Source of the DNA: Candidatus Eiseniibacteriota bacterium
GTDB lineage: Bacteria > Arandabacterota > Arandabacteria > Arandabacterales > Arandabacteraceae
Assembly: GCA_043810925.1 (NCBI GenBank)
Contig: JBDRNT010000101.1
Location: 1-17,514, forward strand
DNA length: 17,514 nt
Direction of reading: 5' to 3'
How positions within the stretch are numbered: the stretch's first letter is position 1; the number at the start of each line of letters is the position of its first letter. The notes below the pieces were generated by a model that saw only the letters and a list, made by a program, of their open reading frames with translations, had not been told where the DNA came from and did not search any database. Positions 1 to 7,053 of this stretch are shown piece after piece. The position numbers and the translations under genes are program-made.

Positions 1-1
1 A

Positions 2-115
2 TCAGAACCCAGGGCAAGAAAACGGCGACCCAAGAACTACCAACTCCTTACTAAACCGCGCAGCGTCTTCAAGGAATGCCCACACAGAAATTACTATAGA
101 AGGAGATTAAGTTAG
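2..115 (+). CDS. IS4-family transposase, C-terminal end (partial, runs off the left edge)
   Basis: Frame 2 reads SEPRARKRRPKNYQLLTKPRSVFKECPHRNYYRRRLS* (TAG 113-115). EPRxxKRRPKxYxLLTxPR is a typical IS4-family transposase tail, and the stop lies inside the putative terminal repeat. Confidence 0.8.
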   Translation, partial: SEPRARKRRPKNYQLLTKPRSVFKECPHRNYYRRRLS

Positions 116-123
116 TGCCATTC
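107..123 (+). mobile_element. Putative right terminal inverted repeat of the IS4-family element
   Basis: TTAAGTTAGTGCCATTC (reverse complement GAATGGCACTAACTTAA) resembles the AATG..CA....TTAAG ends of IS4-type elements. The partner end is outside the window. Confidence 0.65.
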
Positions 124-164
124 TAAACTGTCACCGAATTAGTGAATTAGGGCTGAAAGCACAG

Positions 165-193
165 TTGACACCTGTTCCCCCGTGATAGAGAAT
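165..193 (+). promoter_or_regulatory. Putative sigma70 promoter for the MarC-family gene
   Basis: TTGACA (165-170), 17-bp spacer, weak -10 GAGAAT (188-193). Confidence 0.4.
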
Positions 194-217
194 CAAGCAG
201 GCGAGGAGGAAGGCCCT

Positions 218-802
218 ATGGAAGTGCTGTCGATATCGATCACCCTTTTGCTGATAATGGATCCATTCGGGAACATGCCTATCTTTCTTTCCGTTCTTGA
301 GCGGGTCCCGGCTGAAAGAAGACGCAGGGTTCTTGTGCGGGAACTCTTCCTGGCCCTGGCTCTAATCGTGGGCTTCATCTTCTCCGGCCGCTACGTCATG
401 GGGTTTTTCAATCTCAAGCAGGAGGCGGTCAGTATCGCGGGTGGGATCATCCTGTTTCTTATCGCACTGCGTATGGTCTTCCCGACTTCCGAGGTCCGAA
501 CCGACAGAGATATTGACAGCGATCCGCTTCTGGTGCCGCTTGCCGTCCCGCTGATCGCAGGCCCGTCGCTTCTGGCGGTCCTCCTGCTCTTCGCCACGGC
601 CGAATCCGGACGGCTCATGCTTCTCCTGCTCGCTGCATTGGTCGCGTGGCTCGCGACATTCGTTATTCTCTTAAGCTCGACATTCTTCATTCGTCTTCTG
701 ACGAAGCGAGGCCTGATAGCCATCGAGCGCTTGATGGGGATGGTTCTTGTTGCGCTATCCGTTCAGCTCTTCTTAGAGGGCATCTCGAGCTACCTGAAGT
801 GA
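218..802 (+). CDS. MarC/YhgN (NAAT) family integral membrane protein
   Basis: Motifs IMDPFGNMP.F, SIAGGIILFLIALRMVFP, VPLAVPLIAGPS and ERLMGMVLVALSVQLFLEGI, with about six hydrophobic segments. ATG 218 follows GAGGAGG, so it is preferred over GTG 182. Confidence 0.92.
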   Translation: MEVLSISITLLLIMDPFGNMPIFLSVLERVPAERRRRVLVRELFLALALIVGFIFSGRYVMGFFNLKQEAVSIAGGIILFLIALRMVFPTSEVRTDRDIDSDPLLVPLAVPLIAGPSLLAVLLLFATAESGRLMLLLLAALVAWLATFVILLSSTFFIRLLTKRGLIAIERLMGMVLVALSVQLFLEGISSYLK

Positions 803-811
803 AACACGACC

Positions 812-1111
812 CTATTGCCAGTCCCCGAGTGCCAGGAAGCTGGCACCGGCTTGCCCAAGACCTGCGAGTGAGCGGCCTACGTCCGCGTGGTCGGGTCCCA
901 GGGTTTCCTCTCTCACCTCCAGTGCCCGCTCGTACAAAGTCATGGCCTCAGACAGCGCCATATCAAGGACCACTCCGGCCGAATCCAGCTCGCCCGCTTG
1001 AGACAGCGAGTCGGCCCTTTCAAGAAGTGCCTGCCACGTGGCACCACTCTCCTTCCCGAACCCCACTCCGACACCAACAGCAATTATCAGAATGACCATG
1101 CAGGATCTCAT
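812..1111 (-). pseudogene. Truncated secreted tetratricopeptide-repeat protein
   Basis: Signal-like N-terminus MRSCMVILIIAVGVGVGFG, then a kinesin-light-chain-type TPR (EAMTLYERALEVREETLGPDHADVGRSLAGLG), ending after only 99 aa. Confidence 0.6.
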
Positions 1112-1190
1112 CGCCAGGCCCCCAATCTCAGGCAGGTTGAAGCGGAAATGCGGACGCACTACTCGGACGAAATGAACTCACCATGGGATG

Positions 1191-1219
1191 ATTTTACTCT
1201 GGGTACCGGTGTCACGCAA
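1191..1219 (-). promoter_or_regulatory. Putative sigma70 promoter for the TPR gene
   Basis: Minus strand TTGCGT-17 bp-TAAAAT. Confidence 0.45.
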
Positions 1220-1291
1220 GCGCCTTATGCGGCCGGCACCATCCCGGCCGGCCAAGACTTCAGAAACTGGTGTAACGTCCCGGATTCAACC

Positions 1292-2503
1292 TTAGTACAC
1301 TGTGTTATCTATGATTATCTCGCCGTTGTGGATTACCAGTTCAATACTGAGAAGTGACTCAAGATCATCCAGGGGATTACCGTCAACAGCAATCAGATCG
1401 GCAATCTTACCTGGTTCAATCGTCCCCAGTTCACTGTCCATGTCACATACATGAGCCGCATGTCGGGTCCCGGCAACAATGATCTCCATTGGCGTCATAC
1501 CCACCGCCAGCATCAATTGCATTTCGAGGATAGGCATACCCAATTCGAACGGGATGATATAGCCATCAAAGTCTGTACCTAAAGCTACTTTGCCTCCGGC
1601 CCGGGCAAAACGACCCAGATTGTCCTTTGCAATGTCATCCCAATCCAGGTCATGGTATTCACTCACACCCTTCCAGAGTTCAAGGGTCGGCACCCAGTAG
1701 ATATCCTTTTCGATCATGGCACTGATAAGTGAGTCGGGCAGAACGTCTACCACCATATGGGCCACATCGGCCACTCCACTCTTGACGGCCATATCAAGGT
1801 GGCTGGACCGGCTTACATGAGCGCTCACCTGCCGGTCCCTTGCATGGGCGGTCTGGACAATCGCCGTAATTTCTTCCAGTGACAGCATCGGCCAATTTCG
1901 ACCCTGGAGATTGTCCTCAATGGCGATCTTGATGAGATCGGCTCCTGAATCTATGAGCCCGTTGACTTTCGCTCTTGCATCGACGGGTGAAGTGACTTCG
2001 TAGTTACCATAACCACCCACAGTCGTCACCATTGGCCCGGCGGCGACAAGTCTTGAATTCTCATTGTCCCTAAGAAGGGCACTTCTCCTGGAGAAGGCTT
2101 CGCCGGGAGTGTCTGTGAAATTCCCCAGGTCACGTACCGTCGTAACACCGGATTTCGCCCACTGCTTGAGGTTGTTCTCATCATATCCGCTATGCACGTG
2201 CGTGTTCATGAATCCCGGCAGGATATATGCTCCCTCGAGGTCTATTGAGCTGGCTCCGGCAGGTATTTCTATGGTAACAGGTGTTCCTACAGACTCGATG
2301 TATCCATCCTGAATGATGATTACCGCATCCGGTAAGGGCGAAGAACCGGTACCGTCTATCAGGAATCCATTCGTTACCGCGATGGTCTCGTTGGGGCTGT
2401 GGTTACTGCCACCGTCAGAAACCGGATTCCGGCACGTCTTACAAGTCACTGCGAGGGGTAGAATCGAGAACATGAGCAGTAGTGCAATCGAAAGCCTTCG
2501 CAT
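1292..2503 (-). CDS. Metal-dependent amidohydrolase (imidazolonepropionase/Xaa-Pro dipeptidase-like), probably exported or a lipoprotein
   Basis: ILPGFMNTHVH (HxH), GVTTVRDLG, GADLIKIA, VSAH, VAH, ALGTD and LGTIEPGKIADLIAVDGNPL motifs. Hydrophobic N-terminus ending LAVTC. GGGAGG RBS. Confidence 0.92.
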   Translation of the reverse strand: MRRLSIALLLMFSILPLAVTCKTCRNPVSDGGSNHSPNETIAVTNGFLIDGTGSSPLPDAVIIIQDGYIESVGTPVTIEIPAGASSIDLEGAYILPGFMNTHVHSGYDENNLKQWAKSGVTTVRDLGNFTDTPGEAFSRRSALLRDNENSRLVAAGPMVTTVGGYGNYEVTSPVDARAKVNGLIDSGADLIKIAIEDNLQGRNWPMLSLEEITAIVQTAHARDRQVSAHVSRSSHLDMAVKSGVADVAHMVVDVLPDSLISAMIEKDIYWVPTLELWKGVSEYHDLDWDDIAKDNLGRFARAGGKVALGTDFDGYIIPFELGMPILEMQLMLAVGMTPMEIIVAGTRHAAHVCDMDSELGTIEPGKIADLIAVDGNPLDDLESLLSIELVIHNGEIIIDNTVY

Positions 2504-2539
2504 TAGTCCTCCCGGTAGCTAACTGAACCTCATACACGT

Positions 2540-2567
2540 ACTATACCAAAAGAACGAGGGTTGTCGC
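2540..2567 (-). promoter_or_regulatory. Putative extended -10 promoter for the amidohydrolase
   Basis: Minus strand GCGACA-16 bp-TATAGT, with TG extension (TGgTATAGT). Confidence 0.4.
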
Positions 2568-2642
2568 GCATGTGAGAATGACCTTGAGGCCGCTCCCGTT
2601 AAGGGGACGGTTTCTTGCTTCCGGTCCCGCTCGCTCTCGTCC

Positions 2643-2672
2643 TTGACAGAGCATGCCATGGTCCCCCACAAT
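2643..2672 (+). promoter_or_regulatory. Putative sigma70 promoter for the molybdoenzyme
   Basis: TTGACA (2643-2648), 18-bp spacer, CACAAT (2667-2672). Confidence 0.4.
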
Positions 2673-2740
2673 GATAAGGCTATTCAGCTGGGAGTGTCGC
2701 GACGGCATGAGACGCCGGGCATGCTTACCTGGAGGCAGAG

Positions 2741-3697
2741 ATGAAACACACGCTTCTAGTCATGATCGCGCTCGTTTGTCTGCTACCCACATGTTCCCCG
2801 AGAAGGCAGGCGCGGGTGGACTACCCTGACTTCATCACTGCGAATGACGAGTACTATATCACCCGAATTGGCAATGTGCCGGAGGTTGTCGAGGAGGACT
2901 ATGAGCTCACCATCCGGGGTCACGTCGCCGTGGCGCGTTCATTGACACTGGATGAGCTGAGATCACTCGAAATGGTGGAGATTCCTCTTACCGTTGAATG
3001 TATCGGCAACTATTCCAAAGGTCCTCTGCTTTCTACGGCCGTCTGGAAAGGATTCAGATTGCAGGACCTCCTGGATTCAATGAGTCTTGACGAAAACGCT
3101 ACCGGAGTGGTCTATAGATCGGCCGACGGGTACTACGCATCCCATACCCTCCAGCAGATCCGGGATAATGGGGTCATTGGGGCGCTATACATGAACGGAG
3201 AGGTCATTCCCCCCGAGCATGGCTTTCCGCTTCGATTTGTGAACCCTGGCTACTATGGGGTTAAGCAGCCCGGATGGGTGACCGAGCTGGAGGTTCTTGA
3301 CCGACCTATCAAGGACTACTGGGAAGACAGGGGCTGGGACTGCTCTCCTCCGATGGGGGTTGATGCAACCATATTCTTCCCGGGAGACGGCGTCACAATC
3401 AAGACGGGAACCTCGCTTGAGATGGGAGGCGCCGCCTTCGGAGGCACGAGAATCACCAAGGTCGAAATCACGACCAACAGCGGGGCCACCTGGCAGGACG
3501 CAGAGATTGTAAGGAGTCTTGACGCCGATAACGTGTGGGTCTTCTGGAAGGCGCGGACCGTGTTTCCTACCCCCGGTGAATTCAAGGTCAACGTGCGAGC
3601 GACCGATATCCACGGCAACCAGCAACAGGAAGACGACCCGGACAGATATAACGGGACAAATGATTGGCCTGTCCTATCGGTAAAGGTCCGGGACTGA
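2741..3697 (+). CDS. Molybdopterin-dependent oxidoreductase, sulfite oxidase family (Moco domain plus Ig-like dimerisation domain)
   Basis: Mo-ligand Cys in TVECIGN; motifs STAVWKG, SADGY, MNGEVIPPEHGFPLR, PGYYGVKQPGWV, YWEDRGW, G.AFGG..I.KVEIT...G.TW and VRATD..GNQQ. GGAGG RBS. Confidence 0.92.
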   Translation: MKHTLLVMIALVCLLPTCSPRRQARVDYPDFITANDEYYITRIGNVPEVVEEDYELTIRGHVAVARSLTLDELRSLEMVEIPLTVECIGNYSKGPLLSTAVWKGFRLQDLLDSMSLDENATGVVYRSADGYYASHTLQQIRDNGVIGALYMNGEVIPPEHGFPLRFVNPGYYGVKQPGWVTELEVLDRPIKDYWEDRGWDCSPPMGVDATIFFPGDGVTIKTGTSLEMGGAAFGGTRITKVEITTNSGATWQDAEIVRSLDADNVWVFWKARTVFPTPGEFKVNVRATDIHGNQQQEDDPDRYNGTNDWPVLSVKVRD

Positions 3698-3783
3698 CTC
3701 AGTCCGGCGGTCTAGCATGTCAGGTGATCATTCACCTGCCTTCCGCGGTTTGACGCAGGCATGCTGTCCCTCGATTTCGGCGG

Positions 3784-4134
3784 CTATTGCCAATCGTCAG
3801 CGTGGGGGTCGCCCTCATAGTCCTCCGCTTCAGCCATGTCGATGATGTCGTCAAAACCTGGATCGCCGTCTTCGCTGAAATCCAGGAGATCGACCCCGTT
3901 TTCGTCCGAGCGTTCATCAGGAAGCATGTCCCGCTGGCCGCTGCGCCAGACATCCTCACCGAGATCGTCTCCGGAGACCCGGTTTTGACGCTTCCTCTTT
4001 GTCTCAGTGGTGTCCGGAAACTCGCGCGATTGACGGTTCTTTTTCTGGCTCTCTGACCGCCTTCTGCGCCTGACATCTCTTCCAAGGAGCTCGTCTCCAA
4101 ACTCGCCATCCCACTTACGTCTTATCGACGCCAT
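3784..4134 (-). CDS. Hypothetical charged, probably disordered protein (basic N-half, acidic C-half)
   Basis: AAGGAG RBS before ATG 4134. 116 aa with RRRRR/KRKR followed by a D/E-rich tail. No recognisable family. Confidence 0.5.
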   Translation of the reverse strand: MASIRRKWDGEFGDELLGRDVRRRRRSESQKKNRQSREFPDTTETKRKRQNRVSGDDLGEDVWRSGQRDMLPDERSDENGVDLLDFSEDGDPGFDDIIDMAEAEDYEGDPHADDWQ

Positions 4135-4248
4135 CTCGCCTTCTCCTTTCATGACGCCATCACCATACAGGCTCCCAAACCTCCAGGCGGCCCGATTCAG
4201 AATATCGACCGAGCCGTCCGCTGTCTTTAATCAAGAGGTACCGCATTA

Positions 4249-4644
4249 TCAGTTCCTGTCAAGTCCTTCAATAAGGGCTTTCTTAATGCAAGGGCCATAC
4301 CAGAGTCGCGGCAGCGTCCGGACTTCAACATCTCCCAGGACCAGGTTCTCCTGGATAATTCCAAAAACATCCTGGGGGTTCGTATCGCTGCACATGAAGA
4401 TATCGGGCGTGGTCAGACCTGAATCAGCCGACGCTTGACCTGAGCAGTGACTCTCATCCAGCATTGAGATGGCTGCGATGCCCGCTGGAGATTCATGGCC
4501 GAATCGGCAGCCAGGTTGCGACATGACTATCGCGTCTGCCCGTTCCGCAGTTTTTGCCGTGATGCCGAGGAAAGCCTTATCGTCAAAACACATATCGCAC
4601 ATGACGTTCCTGCGGCCAATCAGAAGGTATTTGCCCTTGTGCAA
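4249..4644 (-). CDS. Hypothetical protein with CxxC motif
   Basis: 131-aa ORF, TTG start 9 nt after GGAGG, contains CDMC, with an upstream promoter candidate. An out-of-frame ATG at 4649 hints at a possible 5' frameshift. Confidence 0.45.
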   Translation of the reverse strand: MHKGKYLLIGRRNVMCDMCFDDKAFLGITAKTAERADAIVMSQPGCRFGHESPAGIAAISMLDESHCSGQASADSGLTTPDIFMCSDTNPQDVFGIIQENLVLGDVEVRTLPRLWYGPCIKKALIEGLDRN

Positions 4645-4752
4645 TTCATAGGACCTCCCCTGAGCGTCCGAATTCCATTACCCACTTCCCACTGAGTGTC
4701 CTTACTCAAGGGCCATCTGGGCCGGCAATCACCCTTCCATAAATGGCGGCAT

Positions 4753-4781
4753 ATGCTAACTCCGGGAACCGGAGAAGGCAA
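4753..4781 (-). promoter_or_regulatory. Putative sigma70 promoter for the two hypothetical ORFs
   Basis: Minus strand TTGCCT-17 bp-TAGCAT. The spacer holds the palindrome CTCCGG-gaa-CCGGAG (4760-4774). Confidence 0.45.
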
Positions 4782-4885
4782 GCGGTTTTTTCGGTAGCGG
4801 CTGAGTTTTTTTCGTGTAGGCTGCGCCGGCGAGTTTATGGCCCCTCTGGACGGATTTCGATGCAGTGATGAAGCCTGCCGGACTA

Positions 4886-4953
4886 CGACTTCAGACCTTG
4901 AAGTGGCTACCCGGGCAGGTGTCTGAAAGCGTGGCTCTGTGGCTCTGTGGGAT
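4886..4953 (+). repeat. Copy 1 of dispersed recombinase-tail/att-like repeat
   Basis: cga ctt cag acc ttg aag TGGCTACCCGGGCAggTGTCTGAAAGCGTGGcT.TGTGGGAT reads RLQTLKWLPGQVSESVALWD once the 8-bp tandem duplication GTGGCTCT is removed. Confidence 0.75.
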
Positions 4954-4958
4954 CCGGA

Positions 4959-6572
4959 CTACCCACCACCCTCTCCACCAATAAGTTCTCGTCTTCTGAA
5001 GACCCCGAAATCCCCACGCCTGTCTATCTCCACAAACGTCTCCTCTATCTCCGGGTATCTGAGGATATTCATCTCAAGGTATTTCGGCCAGTCGATCAGG
5101 TACTCTATATCCTTCTCCATCACGTATCTGCCGATTGTCCCGCTTCTCAACGCGCGCAAAGCCTCGAAGTTCACCTTGCCGTCAAGATTGACAGCCGAGC
5201 GCCGGAAGTATCCCAGGGTACCCGTCTGCCCGGCTCCGATTCTCGCGTGTTTGTCACTGATATTCTCTGCAACCCACCGCCATTGATCCGTGTAGAAAGG
5301 ATTGTTTGCATCCGCGAAACGGTACGTAACAAAGAGGAACAGCCCTGCGGTCAGCATCGCCCCTATGACCGGAATTCCCACAACTGCCAACCGCGTTCTA
5401 CCTATTCGAAGCAGACTCAGAACTCTGGTTATGATGACTGCATTGACCGGCACGGTCGCAACCAAAACGGGAGATAGATATCTGTTGATGAAATGTGAAG
5501 TGCAGAAGAAGAACGTATAGAATATGAACAACAACACGCCGAACCCATAGAGGGGCATGAGGTCCGCATACAGAATAGACTGCAGCACGCGTCTTGTCCG
5601 GTCTCTCTTTACAGTCAGAACCAGAGTGGCTGCTGTTACCAGGACCGTGACAGCTAAGGAATACCAGAGTGTACCACCGGGGAAATACCGACTGAGAAAA
5701 GCTCGGTTCGGAAGATAGGTGAACGGATACAAGAGAGTGTTCAGTGCCGGTAGGAGAGCTGCCAGGTTTCCGCACACCGAGCAGTTGAGGGTTCCACTGT
5801 GCAGGCCCTGCGCGTAACCACTGGTTGGCATCGGACTGCCGAAAAGGGCAATGTTGTATATCCACCAGGGACTGCTCACACCGATAGCAGTGGCGCCCAT
5901 AATGGCGGCATCTCTGACCGCCCTATGGAACTTCCACCGATGATGCCAGATGTGCATGATGCAGAAGGTCGCAACCAGAAAGACCGCATCGATTCTTGTC
6001 AGCACGGTGAGGCCCAGTAACGCACCGAAGGCGATCACGCGCCTCACCGAAGCACGCGGGCAACGCCGCAGATTCTGGTAACACAAAAGGCACGCCAGGA
6101 TAGCTGCGAAATACAGGCCCGTGTCGAGTCCATTCATCTTGTATATGAAGGTCGGAACCGTCCCCAACCAGAGCAGAACAGCGAAGAGGCTTATAACCCG
6201 TCCGGAATTCATGCTGCTCATCATGCGCGCACAGAAGCGGTAGAGCAGAGCGGCGCTTAACATCGCGAGAAACGCGTTGACCAAATGGACAAGCCGAATC
6301 TGCAGGAACAGGTCCCCACCGGACAATCTGAAGACCAGCGCATATATCAGGACGATCAGGGGTTGGAAGCCATTGGTTTCGAGGTGCCCATCAATGCTCA
6401 TGCCATCGCCTCGTGCGATGTTGTCCGCAATCGTGAGAGCATAGAATGAATCGTCGTTAAGTGGCTCACTCGGAAGTGCATCCTGAGGCCGGAAGGCTAG
6501 CGAGAAGTGAAGGCAGACCAGTACGCCGCATAGAACTGCCAGCGTGCGTTCAACGCTTGCAGACATTCTCAA
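4959..6572 (-). CDS. Polytopic membrane glycosyltransferase, GT-C fold (PMT/ArnT-like)
   Basis: Loop motif LNDDSFYALTIADNIARGDG, TNGFQPL, NGLDT, LTRIDA, PWWIYN..LFGSPMP.SG, RYLSP and C-terminal G..GYF....VNLDGKVN; many TM segments. Start is TTG 6572 or ATG 6566. Confidence 0.85.
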   Translation of the reverse strand: MRMSASVERTLAVLCGVLVCLHFSLAFRPQDALPSEPLNDDSFYALTIADNIARGDGMSIDGHLETNGFQPLIVLIYALVFRLSGGDLFLQIRLVHLVNAFLAMLSAALLYRFCARMMSSMNSGRVISLFAVLLWLGTVPTFIYKMNGLDTGLYFAAILACLLCYQNLRRCPRASVRRVIAFGALLGLTVLTRIDAVFLVATFCIMHIWHHRWKFHRAVRDAAIMGATAIGVSSPWWIYNIALFGSPMPTSGYAQGLHSGTLNCSVCGNLAALLPALNTLLYPFTYLPNRAFLSRYFPGGTLWYSLAVTVLVTAATLVLTVKRDRTRRVLQSILYADLMPLYGFGVLLFIFYTFFFCTSHFINRYLSPVLVATVPVNAVIITRVLSLLRIGRTRLAVVGIPVIGAMLTAGLFLFVTYRFADANNPFYTDQWRWVAENISDKHARIGAGQTGTLGYFRRSAVNLDGKVNFEALRALRSGTIGRYVMEKDIEYLIDWPKYLEMNILRYPEIEETFVEIDRRGDFGVFRRRELIGGEGGG

Positions 6573-6669
6573 CAGAACCTCAATAAGGCCTCGCTCACAG
6601 CCTCACTCATGGGCCACAACCCCACTCATGCACCCCAGCCCCTGAGTACCACTTCCGGATGCGGAAAAC

Positions 6670-6698
6670 ACGATACACCGCTGAAAAAATGAGATCAA
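6670..6698 (-). promoter_or_regulatory. Putative sigma70 promoter for the glycosyltransferase
   Basis: Minus strand TTGATC-17 bp-TATCGT. Confidence 0.45.
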
Positions 6699-6790
6699 GG
6701 TCATTTATAAAGATGCCTGCGCGGTTTTCCCGCGATCACAACGGGTTCGGCGACGCTGAATTCAATCGATAGGACCGATTTTTATGTTGG

Positions 6791-6819
6791 TTGACGCGGC
6801 GGGTAACTTGTGATATGAT
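6791..6819 (+). promoter_or_regulatory. Strong sigma70-like promoter for the M6 protease
   Basis: TTGACG-17 bp-TATGAT with extended -10 TG (TGaTATGAT). Confidence 0.65.
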
Positions 6820-7053
6820 CAAATTCAGCAGAATTGTATTGAACATCCTATCTTTGAGTATGCTGGCGCATGGAAGTCGCTGCCGCGTTGGGCAGGGGCC
6901 TCCCGAGTGGCCGATGATCGGCGGTTGATGTCCGACCGCTCCGTCCGGCGGGCGTTGCCGTGCCCTTCATCTCAGTGCTTCTGTATGCCTGTTGAGGTAA
7001 GAGACAGTGACAGGATTCCCGGAAGAGTAAGAAGAAGACAAGGGGTAATCGAT

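Noticed and set aside
2586-2616. Hairpin upstream of the molybdoenzyme as a Moco riboswitch
   Set aside because: It lies upstream of the predicted promoter and lacks recognisable Moco-motif features; it may be a simple terminator-like stem.
4620-4649. ATG 4649 ORF with an early TGA as a possible selenoprotein
   Set aside because: The read-through frame stops soon after with no redox motif, and I see no convincing SECIS.
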